DNA from: a virus
Strand: one strand, 5' to 3'
Length of the DNA stretch: 64,000 bases
Virus record (IMG/VR): IMGVR_UViG_3300019752_000005
Span: 12,626 to 76,625 of that record
Shown here: positions 29,489-39,720 of the stretch, one piece after another
How the letters are laid out: every line of letters starts with the position of its first letter
How positions within the stretch are numbered: the first letter of the stretch is position 1
Made by a program: the position numbers and the translations under genes
Notes under the pieces: model-generated
Databases searched by the model: none
Told to the model about the DNA's origin: nothing
What the model saw: only the letters and a program-made list of their open reading frames with translations

Positions 29489-29953
29489 ATGTCTAAAGAA
29501 AAGATGGAAACAGTGTTGAGAGATAAGAAAAGATTAATACCTGTTGATTCTCCATTATTTACTCAATTAACTGGGCTAACTAGCTGTTTTAATGACCCTA
29601 TAAATGAGTTTATCTTTTATTACGGTATTCAAGAATGTGTGATAGGTGAAATGGATGCCACTATGTTACCGCAAGATGATGGTGAAATTATTGGTCACTA
29701 CACTGTTGAGCAGATTGCAAACTTTTGTGAAGCAGTGTTAGTGGGGCGTGACCACTCTGATAAGTTGCGTGATGATGTTGACTACACTCTTTATGCTGAC
29801 ACCTGTTTATCAACGATCAGAAATCTAGCTAAAATCGGTATTTTAGCCTTGGTTGATGAAGCTACAAATTACCAATCAATTCGAAATAAGCAAGAACTAC
29901 AGAATAAATTCGGTAAATTCTCTAAATACAGAAGACGAACCACAAAAGGTTAA
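29489..29953 (+). CDS. hypothetical protein
   Basis: AAGGAG RBS. Confidence 0.65.
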   Translation: MSKEKMETVLRDKKRLIPVDSPLFTQLTGLTSCFNDPINEFIFYYGIQECVIGEMDATMLPQDDGEIIGHYTVEQIANFCEAVLVGRDHSDKLRDDVDYTLYADTCLSTIRNLAKIGILALVDEATNYQSIRNKQELQNKFGKFSKYRRRTTKG

Positions 29954-29997
29954 TTAGGTGTTGCGGTATCTTATGTGGTGCCGCATCATAATCAAAT

Positions 29998-30552
29998 ATG
30001 AATAGCAAAAATTTAGATAAGAACATGGTATTTCTAGCCAAGAAGCATTTATATCTGGCAAAGCAAGCTAATTATTCAATACCAATTTACGATAACGCAG
30101 GTGTTATATGTGGTATTCAGGAAGTTCAAGAGGATCGGAATAAAAAAGTTTATGGGACATTAAAAGGTGGTTTTCATATATTATACGGTAGCGATGAAGC
30201 ACTATTAGTGTGTGAAGGTTTTTCCACTGGAGTAGCATTAAATAGCGTATTAGGAATTAGAACACTAGTCACATTTAGTGATGGTAATATGCTGCCAGCA
30301 GTGAAAAGTTATTTATTAAATCATAAGGTGGTTAACTTAATATTTTGTGCTGATAATGATAAATGGAAGCCGTGGGCTGGCAACACTGGTGTTAAGGCGG
30401 CTAATAAGTGTGTAAAAGAATTTGGTGGTAAAGTAGTTGCTCCTGAGTTCCCTAGTTTTTTAAATTTATTACGTCCAACAGATTTTGATGACTTGAAAAA
30501 ATATTGCGGCGATGAGGTTTTGAAAAATTACTTTAAGGATATTTTAAAGTGA
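29998..30552 (+). CDS. stand-alone TOPRIM primase-like protein
   Basis: VCEGFSTG, CADND, NTG..AA, PTDFDDL. Confidence 0.8.
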   Translation: MNSKNLDKNMVFLAKKHLYLAKQANYSIPIYDNAGVICGIQEVQEDRNKKVYGTLKGGFHILYGSDEALLVCEGFSTGVALNSVLGIRTLVTFSDGNMLPAVKSYLLNHKVVNLIFCADNDKWKPWAGNTGVKAANKCVKEFGGKVVAPEFPSFLNLLRPTDFDDLKKYCGDEVLKNYFKDILK

Positions 30553-30803
30553 GTATTAAAAACAATACAGAAGAAAAATGCAATTGTGATTTCTGCGTAG
30601 AGGGTATGCCAGAACATTGTAACGAGCAGGTTGATTATACATACATTGTTTGCCCTTACTGCGGACACGAGCATGATGATGCTCTTGAGATATGCTCACC
30701 TGATGATTATGATGGGGTGACTTTTCAGTGTAGTGATTGCGAGAAAGATATTAAGGTGTTTTGTGAGGTTACTCTTGAATGGACGGCAAGAAAGGTTAAG
30801 TGA
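30549..30803 (+). CDS. Zn-ribbon protein
   Basis: CNCDFC, CPYCG, CSDC. Confidence 0.65.
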   Translation: MSIKNNTEEKCNCDFCVEGMPEHCNEQVDYTYIVCPYCGHEHDDALEICSPDDYDGVTFQCSDCEKDIKVFCEVTLEWTARKVK

Positions 30804-31628
30804 ATGTTCCTAAAACACAAAACAACACGACGTTATAAAAACGGATATAGCGTTGTGATCGTAAAAAGCCGTAAACTATCCCAGATTGCTTTTTATAATG
30901 AGCATGGCGATTGTATAAACGCATTCTATTGTGCTAATAGCAGGGTTAATGAAGAGATTGGGAATTGGGCTGATTTTAATGGGTTGGTGTTGGTTGAGAG
31001 TGAGGAGGAGGTTGTTTGATGGGTGGGATTAGTGTTTTATTAACATCAAGTGTAGACATAGAGCTTAATAATGTTATTGACTACATTGATAAATGGAATG
31101 ATAACTGGTCTTTTCATATTAAAACGAAAAAGAATATTCCATCACTATCACACTTAAAGCGTGGAGAATGGTATGTACTTAGTGGTAGTGAATGCGGTAA
31201 TGTTCGTGAAATTAGGAGTGCAATTATTGAGTATTTCAATTGGCATAATGGAGATTTGCAATGAAAGTTTACACGGTTAAGGTTAAATATAGAAATGGAT
31301 TTACAGAGTGCATTTCGTTAAATATAATTAGTAAGGAGAGGGTGTGATGCCTGATATAAGTTTTTACACGGTCAAGATTACCACAGCTAATGGAGTAACC
31401 ACCAAAGTTCCATTTCATTTTATGGAAAGTCATCACACAGATGATAGCGGGTTATCAATAAGAATGATTATGGGATATTATGATCACACCGTGGATGATG
31501 GCGTATTTAAGACGTATGATAATTGCGGCTACTACACATTAACCCCTGATAACTGTATAAATTACGAAGAGGTGAGAAACATTATTAGTAACTTTTTCAA
31601 TCTAGCTTGGGTATGCGTAAATGAGTAG
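30804..31628 (+). other. three small hypothetical CDSs (30804-31019, 31016-31264, 31344-31628)
   Basis: Closely spaced short ORFs with RBSs; the first two overlap. Confidence 0.55.
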
Positions 31629-31857
31629 AGACATTGAGTTTCAGCGTAGTGAGTTGTTATTTAATCTCACTGAAGATATTCTTGTTCATATGGAGGATAA
31701 TAATATCACTAAACTTGATTTAACCAGAAAAATCAATAAATCTGGACTATGGGTTACTAGGTTTTTTAATGGGGATATAGATATTACTATCTCCCAATTA
31801 AATGAAATTTGTTTTGCGTTGGGTGTGAAGCCTATTTTTGAGATTAAGGAGAAGTGA
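31621..31857 (+). CDS. XRE-family HTH protein
   Basis: ITKLDLTRKINKSGLWVTRFFNG..DITISQL.EI..ALG. Confidence 0.75.
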   Translation: MSRDIEFQRSELLFNLTEDILVHMEDNNITKLDLTRKINKSGLWVTRFFNGDIDITISQLNEICFALGVKPIFEIKEK

Positions 31858-32045
31858 TTGTGTTTTTTAAAGACTTAGATGGTGCTGATTTTATAGTTAA
31901 CCCAAGTGCTATAACACTTATAACTGATATAAGAGAAAAAAGCTATCTTGTTCATGTTGGTGAGCGCAAGATATACGCGGTATTCAAGAGTGAGCGAAAG
32001 AGAGATGATTCTTTACACAGTATCAATGAGTTTTGGAATAAATAA

Positions 32046-32837
32046 ATGAAACAATACCACGACCTATTACACCACATCCTACAAAACGGTATAGACAAAC
32101 AAGACCGTACAAAAACTGGTACACGCTCAGTATTTGGCTACCAGTACCGTCACGATTTACAAGAAGGATTCCCGCTTTTAACAACTAAGCGCGTGCATTT
32201 TAAATCAATCTGCTATGAACTCCTATGGTTTTTACGGGGCGACACTAATATTAAGTATTTGCACGATAATGGTGTAACAATTTGGGATGAATGGGCTGAT
32301 GAAGATGGTGATTTAGGTTCGGTTTATGGGAAACAATGGCGATCATGGCAGTGTAAAGATGGTAGCACTATTGATCAAATACAAAATGTGATCGATGAAA
32401 TACAAGTGAATCCTGATTCACGACGTTTAATTGTGAACGCTTGGAATGTTGGGGAACTTGATGAAATGGCATTACCTCCCTGTCACTTGCTTTTTCAGTT
32501 TTATGTGGTGAATGGCAAGTTGTCGTGTCAACTGTATCAACGCTCAGGTGACGCTTTCTTGGGAATTCCTTATAATTTAGCATGTTATTCTCTCCTAACC
32601 CACATGATCGCGCAACAATGCAATTTACAGGTAGGCGAATTCATCCACACAATAGGTGATGCCCATATTTATTTTAATCATTTTAAGCAGGTAGAGTTGC
32701 AATTATCACGCGAACCTTTTAAACTACCTGCACTGATTTTGGAAAAAGCAGAAAACATAAATTCATACACGTACAAACACATTAATTTAGAAGGATATAG
32801 ACCACATGGTAAGATTAAAGCACCTGTTGCTATTTAG
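32046..32837 (+). CDS. thyA: thymidylate synthase
   Basis: DRTKTGT, ELLWFL, IWDEW, YGKQWR, SRR, LPPCH, YQRSGD, DAHIY. Confidence 0.97.
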   Translation: MKQYHDLLHHILQNGIDKQDRTKTGTRSVFGYQYRHDLQEGFPLLTTKRVHFKSICYELLWFLRGDTNIKYLHDNGVTIWDEWADEDGDLGSVYGKQWRSWQCKDGSTIDQIQNVIDEIQVNPDSRRLIVNAWNVGELDEMALPPCHLLFQFYVVNGKLSCQLYQRSGDAFLGIPYNLACYSLLTHMIAQQCNLQVGEFIHTIGDAHIYFNHFKQVELQLSREPFKLPALILEKAENINSYTYKHINLEGYRPHGKIKAPVAI

Positions 32838-33066
32838 TGTTTTATTAAGCGGTAATGTTGCAGCAGATTCATACACTGTACACGGCACCACTAAACAAAC
32901 CCATCATGAGAAACCATTACCTATCGCTTATACATTTGAATCAAGAGATGCTGCGTTAACCCGTTATCATGTATTAAAAAACAAATCATGGATGGGTTAT
33001 GTGTGCATTCATAATGATAAAACCCCAAACGATGAAACCTGTTCACACGCCAAGAAACCCCAATAA
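32806..33066 (+). CDS. small secreted protein
   Basis: Signal peptide ending VAA-D. Confidence 0.5.
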   Translation: MVRLKHLLLFSVLLSGNVAADSYTVHGTTKQTHHEKPLPIAYTFESRDAALTRYHVLKNKSWMGYVCIHNDKTPNDETCSHAKKPQ

Positions 33067-33108
33067 TACCTAGTTAAGGATACCCGTGTAATAGCGGGTA
33101 TAATAAGT

Positions 33109-33807
33109 ATGACAACCAAACAAAAAATAGTAACTTACACATCTCTATGTGGTAATAAATATTTCGCTAGGCAGAATAATGATCGCACTTGGAATATTTA
33201 TGAAGAAGCTACCCCCAGCTTGCTTTTATTATGCAAGAATATCACATCTCCCATCATGAATAATGATATATTGCGTTTTGCGATCACTTCATACCAGAAT
33301 AGCTGGTTGAATAAAGGTATGAAGGTGAATATTATTGCCGCATTAGATAATGATGGTGGTATAGGGAAAAATGATGGTATTCCTTGGAAAGCTAAAGGAG
33401 AATTAGCTCATTTTAAGAAACTAACTAAGGGTCATATTGTTGTAATGGGTCGTGCAACATACGAATCCCTCGATGGTGGAGCGTTAAAAGATCGCATTAA
33501 CATTGTTTTATCCAAAACACTAAAGGATGTTAAAGATGATGTTATTCTATGCCAAGATTTTAACGCGCTTCAATCTACCTTAAACTATTTATCAAAGTTT
33601 TACCAAGAAAAAACAGCTTGGATTATAGGCGGCAACAGTGTTTACAAGCATTTCTTGAATAAGGCAAACGAACTTCACCTGTCATTAATTAATTCCAAAA
33701 ATAATAATTGTGATACTTTTTTCCCAAATTGGGAACAAAAGGGTTTTCAATTGGAAAGTGTCGATAATTCATATAATGGATGGGAGTATCAAAAATGGGT
33801 CAAATAG
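33109..33807 (+). CDS. folA: dihydrofolate reductase with ~70-aa N-terminal extension (alternative start 33319)
   Basis: IIAA....IG...IPW, FKKLT, VMGRATYES, RINIVLS, IIGG, DTFFP. Confidence 0.92.
   Translation: MTTKQKIVTYTSLCGNKYFARQNNDRTWNIYEEATPSLLLLCKNITSPIMNNDILRFAITSYQNSWLNKGMKVNIIAALDNDGGIGKNDGIPWKAKGELAHFKKLTKGHIVVMGRATYESLDGGALKDRINIVLSKTLKDVKDDVILCQDFNALQSTLNYLSKFYQEKTAWIIGGNSVYKHFLNKANELHLSLINSKNNNCDTFFPNWEQKGFQLESVDNSYNGWEYQKWVK
33210..33223 (-). repeat. 14-bp motif GCAAGCTGGGGGTA, copy 1 of 3
   Basis: Exact copies at 49870-49883 and 63507-63520. Confidence 0.8.
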
Positions 33808-34302
33808 TGTTTTGTAGTGGTGAGAAATTTAATATTCATCTTGGTTATGATTCCAGTGGAAAGTATCATCAGTTATCCGTACCAACTGAGGTTGGGTTTA
33901 TGTGTGGTTGTGGTTTCACAACAAGTGTAAATATGATGCATGAGCATAGTTTTTTTGTTTGCGGTAATTGTGGTTTTGCTAATCAAATTGATTTAAGGAG
34001 AGAGTTTTCAGTTGTTGAGAGAGATTAGAAAAAGAGCGGTATCTATAATTGATCGAGGTGAATTTACAGAAGTTAGTTTACCATATAGGTATAGATATTT
34101 ATCTACTGCTATTAACAATGTTAAGTTAAGAAAACCAATTAAGTTTGTGTTTGTTGGTGGTGAAAACAGGCTGGATTTTGAAGTAAACGAGATAAATAAA
34201 AAAATGAATAAAATAATTAATGAAGATGCATTTCTTCAAGAATTAATTGATAGATGTGATGCTAGTGTTTTAACGATAGAGGTTCTTAATGACAGTAAAT
34301 AG
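33780..34302 (+). other. two small hypothetical CDSs (33780-34028 Cys-rich; 34012-34302)
   Basis: Overlapping ORFs in operon. Confidence 0.5.
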
Positions 34303-34876
34303 TGAAGATAGACGATGTGGATTATATGATCATATTTTCCACTTGGATGATGATGGAAATGTTATAGGTGAAGATAGTATGATGATACATATACCATACA
34401 ATGCTCAATCATCGAAGAACGCACAAATGATTGTGTATCGTGGAGGTCTTAAGATGGGTACAACCATCACATCACAAAGGCAGGCTGCTGGATTAGCAAG
34501 GTGTTATGGTATTAAGCAGAATAAAAAGTGTGATGAATATGAGCGCAACACTAAATCTTTTTTTCTGGAAAATAAAGAAAAATTCCAAAGTTTAGTGGAA
34601 AATTTACCAAAACCACTAATCATTGGTGTTTATTACATGCGTAAGACGATGCATGAATTTGATTATCATAATGTCGTGCAACACTTAGCGGATTTAATCT
34701 CAGAGCCTAGTGGAGCTAAAAAGAAAGGCTATGGGTGGGTAAAGGATGATAATATGAAGGAAACCATCTATCTACCGCTGGGATACTGTGTAACTAAATA
34801 TAATGGAATGCCAAAAGAAGGTGTTATCATCAAAATCTTAAGTTTAGAGAAATACATGGAGTTTATTAGATCATGA
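34289..34876 (+). CDS. RusA-like Holliday junction resolvase
   Basis: SSKN, R.T...FDYHN...DL...WVKDDN acidic residues. Confidence 0.6.
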   Translation: MTVNSEDRRCGLYDHIFHLDDDGNVIGEDSMMIHIPYNAQSSKNAQMIVYRGGLKMGTTITSQRQAAGLARCYGIKQNKKCDEYERNTKSFFLENKEKFQSLVENLPKPLIIGVYYMRKTMHEFDYHNVVQHLADLISEPSGAKKKGYGWVKDDNMKETIYLPLGYCVTKYNGMPKEGVIIKILSLEKYMEFIRS

Positions 34877-35370
34877 GTAGATGTGATTGGTGGGATGTGC
34901 CAACAAATAATCCAGAATCTTTACATAAAAAGTTATCGGCATTAGAGGTTTATGATTCTGGCGTGCCTGCTGAACGCACAGCAAGGTGTAATGATGTCGA
35001 GTGTTTTAGTTACCAGAACTTCACTGAATTTTTATTAAATATGCGTGAAAAGCATAGCGGTAGCACTGAGTTTGGAAAAATCAGAAATCAACGCGTATTG
35101 CGTAGCATATTCACTAAATCAGAGCAGGATGTATTCGGTAAAAAACTATATCCCACAACAGAATCACGCGTGGTGTTTATTTTTTATGAGCTTATAAAGC
35201 AGCACCCTTTTGTAGATGGGAATAAACGCATTGCTGCAACATTTTTATATGCAACACGCGCTCATATGGGTGTTACGTTAAATCGGGCTATGTGTGCAGC
35301 ATTATTTGTTGCAGGTAGCGTGGGTGAGGATCGGGATAGTGTTATTGGTTTTATTGAGGGAGTTATTTAA
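34873..35370 (+). CDS. Fic/Doc-family protein (Doc-type motif)
   Basis: HPFVDGNKRIA; upstream Q..FG..LYPT. Confidence 0.85.
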   Translation: MSRCDWWDVPTNNPESLHKKLSALEVYDSGVPAERTARCNDVECFSYQNFTEFLLNMREKHSGSTEFGKIRNQRVLRSIFTKSEQDVFGKKLYPTTESRVVFIFYELIKQHPFVDGNKRIAATFLYATRAHMGVTLNRAMCAALFVAGSVGEDRDSVIGFIEGVI

Positions 35371-35374
35371 TATC

Positions 35375-35403
35375 TTGACATTAAAATAAACCTCATCTAC
35401 AAT
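35375..35403 (+). promoter_or_regulatory. sigma70-type promoter
   Basis: TTGACA-17-TACAAT. Confidence 0.8.
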
Positions 35404-35437
35404 GCGTCACACAAATCAACAAACAGAGTGAAATAAA

Positions 35438-35899
35438 ATGCAACGAGATATTGATATTTTAAATAAAATTATCACAGAAGAAAAAACTGCTGCAAAAAAC
35501 CTAGTTATTAGTGCTGGTGCAGAACCAATCTACCAACAAGGTTACATTAACGCATTTCATCTCCTAGGTGTTTTGAATCGCCTATGCAAAGCTAGGGGTG
35601 ATATCCCAGAATTCCAGATGTCACGCGGGGTGGCTTATTTTGTTGATGATGATAGTATGATTCGTCACATTACATTTAAAAATAAGCATACAGATATATT
35701 TGTAAGCGGCACCACTAATGTTATAAACTATAATGGTAATTCAACTGAGAAAGCGTTTAATGTAACGTTAGACTTTAATCAATACGATGACCTAGAATGG
35801 CATTCGTTTATGTTTCGCTTTTCAGTGAAGATTTTGGACGCTCTTGACATTAACAAAACTAATTTAATTAAAGTGATAGATAGGAGAGAAGACACCTAA
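35438..35899 (+). CDS. hypothetical protein
   Basis: ORF downstream of a strong promoter. Confidence 0.65.
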   Translation: MQRDIDILNKIITEEKTAAKNLVISAGAEPIYQQGYINAFHLLGVLNRLCKARGDIPEFQMSRGVAYFVDDDSMIRHITFKNKHTDIFVSGTTNVINYNGNSTEKAFNVTLDFNQYDDLEWHSFMFRFSVKILDALDINKTNLIKVIDRREDT

Positions 35900-35983
35900 T
35901 TAATGTGAATGGCAGTATGTTCCAAAATGGAACGTACTTGATTCATCAATAAAAACAGCTTAAGTACACACAAGGAATAAATA

Positions 35984-36205
35984 ATGGATAATTCAAATAT
36001 TGGTCGTGAAGTAATAATTATTCAGCACCGATGGATGGGGCAGATAACAAAGGAGATTGGCGAGCCGAAAACAGATATTATCACCAAGGAAACAAAAACA
36101 ATGGTTACCACAGCGAATAATGGTCGTTTTATGAAGTCAACAGAACTAAAGCGCGGAGATTCCATGAGTAACCCAATATTTACAACTATAAGGTTTACTA
36201 CATAA
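35984..36205 (+). CDS. small beta-barrel (TKT...RF.K family) protein
   Basis: KETKTM...GRFMKS shared with 49275-49820 and 62043-63047. Confidence 0.55.
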   Translation: MDNSNIGREVIIIQHRWMGQITKEIGEPKTDIITKETKTMVTTANNGRFMKSTELKRGDSMSNPIFTTIRFTT

Positions 36206-36237
36206 GTAGTTAAGCTAATTTAATCACCATCACCCGC

Positions 36238-36264
36238 CAAAGCATCTTAACTGATGCTTTTTTT
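36238..36264 (+). terminator. Rho-independent terminator
   Basis: AAAGCATC-ttaact-GATGCTTT followed by a T run. Confidence 0.8.
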
Positions 36265-36282
36265 ATGTCTGCAATAATCAAA

Positions 36283-36292
36283 CTATATTTTA
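36283..36292 (+). promoter_or_regulatory. putative late-promoter motif CTATATTTTA
   Basis: 45 bp upstream of TerS, just after a terminator. Confidence 0.55.
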
Positions 36293-36337
36293 TTAAATGG
36301 AAGTTAAGCGTGACAATAATAAAATAAAGGTTTATTT

Positions 36338-37081
36338 ATGATTTTAAGCAGAACACTAAAAATGCAGCCATGGGAACACGGTTTCATTGAAGGGGAAACA
36401 GAAAAAGAATATAGGGACTTACTAACTTATATAGAAATGGGTGTAAAGCGTTCTTTACGTAAGCTATGGACTGCGAATCATGCTAAGGACGAGAAGAATA
36501 AAGGTACATACCCATCATGGTGGGGTAATAGAGCAAAGGAGTTGAAGTGGGAGCGTAGGGCTATTGCTAACGATATACATAAAACTCAACAGGCTATGAT
36601 AAACGCTCAGAAAGAAGCTAAAAAAACAAATGAAGAAATGATTTATAGGGAAAAACAATGGCTTAGGGTTGTTAGTAAGAAATTAAAACGATATGAAGAT
36701 ATGGCTGATAATAACCAAGATGACCAAATATCACCTACTGATATGAAAGATTTAGGGTTGGCAATGAAAACTGTTCATTCTGAGTTGGAACGCCACCAAG
36801 GATTGGGTCAGTACGATCTAAATGATGTTAATAAGGTAGTGGAATTATCTATGTTAGAACCAGATTGGGTTTCAGATAGTATTGATCCAGAAAAGAAAGC
36901 TGTTAATCTTACTTGGCAGATGTCATCAATAAATCAATTTGGAATGCTTACCAACAATACTAAGCTTGCATTAGGCACAAATGTGTATATGCAGAAGATG
37001 TTAGAAGTTGATGGTGATGAATATATTCAGTCTATAACTACACCAAAGCCGACAGCAACAGTAAGTAGGAAAGATGATTAG
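36338..37081 (+). CDS. terminase small subunit (putative)
   Basis: Directly upstream of TerL; ET..EY.....Y..MG..RSL...W......W..RA...D pattern. Confidence 0.65.
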   Translation: MILSRTLKMQPWEHGFIEGETEKEYRDLLTYIEMGVKRSLRKLWTANHAKDEKNKGTYPSWWGNRAKELKWERRAIANDIHKTQQAMINAQKEAKKTNEEMIYREKQWLRVVSKKLKRYEDMADNNQDDQISPTDMKDLGLAMKTVHSELERHQGLGQYDLNDVNKVVELSMLEPDWVSDSIDPEKKAVNLTWQMSSINQFGMLTNNTKLALGTNVYMQKMLEVDGDEYIQSITTPKPTATVSRKDD

Positions 37082-37086
37082 TTAGT

Positions 37087-38673
37087 ATGGGGTACTTTAA
37101 AAAAAAGAGAAAGAAGGTAGATATTGATCTATCCCAATCTAACATAGATCTACCCATGCACGATAAGCAGATTATTGCATTTAATACTTTTGCAAACGAA
37201 ATATTATATGGTGGTGCGCGTGGTGGTGGAAAATCTCTTTTATTAAGGTATGCTGCAATAAAGTGGTGTTTAGATGTTGATGGTATTGAGATTTATATAT
37301 TTCGTAAAACTTATGGTAATGTTATCAGAAACCATGTGTATGGTTCATTAGGTTTTAGTGCAATACTCGAACCATTAAAAGCTTTTGGTGTTAGAATAAT
37401 AACAAGCCAATCACCTATGGTTATATTCCCTAATGGAAGTAAAATAATCCTAAGTTACCTTAGAAATATGGCTGATTATGATAATTATCACGGGATCGAA
37501 ATGCCTGTTGTCATGTTTGACGAGCTAACGCAATTTCCGCAAGAGCTTTACTCTTTAATTAAAGGTAATCTGCGTATGACAAATATAGAAATACCAGAAA
37601 AATATAGTTCTCAGGTTCTTATTAAGCAAGCTGCTGAGCAAGGGGTTGAATTACCAGATACATATAGTTTTTTTCCTAGAATAATATCAAGTTCAAATCC
37701 AACAGGAATCGGTCACAACTGGGTGAAATCAAACTTTGTTGATAGGTGCGGTAACGACATGGAGTTAAATATCATACCTAAAGATGAAGGTGGCATGGTG
37801 CGTCAATATGTTCCTGCAACAGTGTATGACAACCCCCAATTAATGAAGGACAGCCCAAACTACATCCACAATCTAAAATCTCTACCACCAGATAAGAGAA
37901 GGGCGTACTTAGAAGGTGACTGGGATGTTACATCAGGTGGTGCGGTAGATGATGTTTGGGATAGGAATATTCATATTGTTAAAGCGTTTGATATACCACC
38001 AACTTGGGTGGTTTTTAGATCTCTTGATTGGGGTGAAGCACACCCTTACTCAGTGGGCTGGTGGGCACGTTCAAACGGCGAAAGTGTTAAGTTAAAGAAT
38101 GGCTTAACTGTAACCTATCCAGCAGGTACAGTATTTCGTATATATGAGGACTATGGGTGCGCAAATCCAGATAGAGAGCCTGATAAAGGAGTTAGGTTAA
38201 CAACAACACAAGTTGCTAGACGTGTGTTAACTATAGAAGAAAATCTTGGTATAAGAAGCGCATTTGGTATTGCTGATGGGCAAATATTTAGCCCAAATAA
38301 CGGTAGTTCTTTATATGAAGGTTTTGAGAAAAATGAAGTGTATTGGGTTGCAGCAGATAAGTCACCAGGTTCACGTAAAATAGGATTATCTCTATTAAAG
38401 GCTATGATGAAATCATCTGTAGATAGAGATGATTATATAGTTAGAATGCAACAAGGCGATCATGTTCACCCGCCAGAATCAACTCATGAAGAGTCTTGTT
38501 TCTACGTATTTGATAGATGTAAGCAGTGGATAAGGACAGTGCCAAGCCTACCATTAAGTAAGCTTGACCCTGATGATGTTAATACAGATGCTGAGGATCA
38601 TATTTATGATGAAACTCGCTATGCGCTAATGCATAAACCATCACACGCTTCTATATTAAGTATGGATTATTAA
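37087..38673 (+). CDS. terL: terminase large subunit
   Basis: Walker A GGARGGGKS, Walker B MFDELTQF, SSNPTG, nuclease LDWG and DHIYDETRY. Confidence 0.93.
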   Translation: MGYFKKKRKKVDIDLSQSNIDLPMHDKQIIAFNTFANEILYGGARGGGKSLLLRYAAIKWCLDVDGIEIYIFRKTYGNVIRNHVYGSLGFSAILEPLKAFGVRIITSQSPMVIFPNGSKIILSYLRNMADYDNYHGIEMPVVMFDELTQFPQELYSLIKGNLRMTNIEIPEKYSSQVLIKQAAEQGVELPDTYSFFPRIISSSNPTGIGHNWVKSNFVDRCGNDMELNIIPKDEGGMVRQYVPATVYDNPQLMKDSPNYIHNLKSLPPDKRRAYLEGDWDVTSGGAVDDVWDRNIHIVKAFDIPPTWVVFRSLDWGEAHPYSVGWWARSNGESVKLKNGLTVTYPAGTVFRIYEDYGCANPDREPDKGVRLTTTQVARRVLTIEENLGIRSAFGIADGQIFSPNNGSSLYEGFEKNEVYWVAADKSPGSRKIGLSLLKAMMKSSVDRDDYIVRMQQGDHVHPPESTHEESCFYVFDRCKQWIRTVPSLPLSKLDPDDVNTDAEDHIYDETRYALMHKPSHASILSMDY

Positions 38674-38970
38674 GGATGCCTTATCCAAACACCCCTTACA
38701 AATAGATTTACCAGAAAATATTGAAATCAGTTTATCATCTTCTGCACCACATAAACTGCAACCCCATTTCGGTAGGTAACCTTCAAACAATACCCTTAAT
38801 TCATTATCACTAAGGGTGTGTAAACTTTCACCTAACCCATCAACAGAATTTAAAATCCTATTAATACTTTCAAGGGTGTATGGTTGGTAGAATGGGGATG
38901 ACTCAATAACACACTCTCTTAGATATTTTATTGTGCCATCAATAGACTCTTTTCTTGTGTGCAGGTGCAT
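38656..38970 (-). CDS. hypothetical protein with C-terminal CxxC...CxxC
   Basis: CSLCG...ICKGC. Confidence 0.55.
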   Translation of the reverse strand: MHLHTRKESIDGTIKYLRECVIESSPFYQPYTLESINRILNSVDGLGESLHTLSDNELRVLFEGYLPKWGCSLCGAEDDKLISIFSGKSICKGCLDKASLIIHT

Positions 38971-39717
38971 CTAATTTTTCAACCACTCAGTGCCACTTAT
39001 TTTATATTTTAAGTTAAAGTGCTCAATATCATCTTTAATTTCTATTGCAAAGCAATACTTGGGGTGCGATTCATCAAGCATCTCTTCAAAAATTTCTGCA
39101 ACATGAAGCTCCCCACCACATAACCAAGGCTCCTTCAGCATGTTTTCCATTGTACCAACAATACCGAAAGACCTTGTAACCACATTGCTTGGTTTAGAAA
39201 TATGCTTATCTTCCATATCACTGGATATCTGGTATTTTATTTTGTAAACACCAATCTTACGAATAATAGCCTGCACTAACTTAGGTAACCCACATTTAAT
39301 ATATTGCTGGTAATCAGCACCCAAATCGTCCTTCATTTTTTCCTTAGCCACTTCATCCCAGTTTGATGGGCATGTGATATAGATAGTGTATGGCATACGT
39401 GGTGTTAAACCGTTATGTTTCATAGATGATAAGTGGGATAGACAACAAAAATCATCTATTGCACATATTATTTCATAAGGGTTATGCTGATACTTTCCTA
39501 AGACATGATATGTATCATAATCAAATTCACTTCTATTTAACACACCAGATTCCAGTGCGCTATTTAAGTGGTTGTAGAAGATATCACTACTTGGTGTTTC
39601 TGTGTGAACTTCCTTATAAAAATTAAAGATAATCAAACCAAGATCATATAATCTTAAAACTGGTTTTTTTTGTTTACCTATTAATAAGTTAATCTCTCTT
39701 TGGTATTTCGACATCAT
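38971..39717 (-). CDS. AbiEi-like (type IV TA) antitoxin homolog, orphan
   Basis: LSHLSSM..NGLTPRMPYTIYIT...MLKEPWLCGG..HV matches the AbiEi-family pattern; no AbiEii neighbour. Confidence 0.6.
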   Translation of the reverse strand: MMSKYQREINLLIGKQKKPVLRLYDLGLIIFNFYKEVHTETPSSDIFYNHLNSALESGVLNRSEFDYDTYHVLGKYQHNPYEIICAIDDFCCLSHLSSMKHNGLTPRMPYTIYITCPSNWDEVAKEKMKDDLGADYQQYIKCGLPKLVQAIIRKIGVYKIKYQISSDMEDKHISKPSNVVTRSFGIVGTMENMLKEPWLCGGELHVAEIFEEMLDESHPKYCFAIEIKDDIEHFNLKYKISGTEWLKN

Positions 39718-39720
39718 AAT

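Noticed and set aside
30804-32200. Abrupt local C/A-rich versus G/T-rich patches
   Set aside because: They mostly coincide with gene starts and ends, so translation-initiation bias plausibly explains them; not quantified.
35918-35934. parS site
   Set aside because: The arms resemble TGTTCCA/TGGAACA, but the centre is AAA (3 nt) instead of CG.
9942-38673. Introns or inteins in nrdJ, thyA, the helicase or terL
   Set aside because: The ORFs are continuous and of normal length, with no intein splice motifs or LAGLIDADG blocks.
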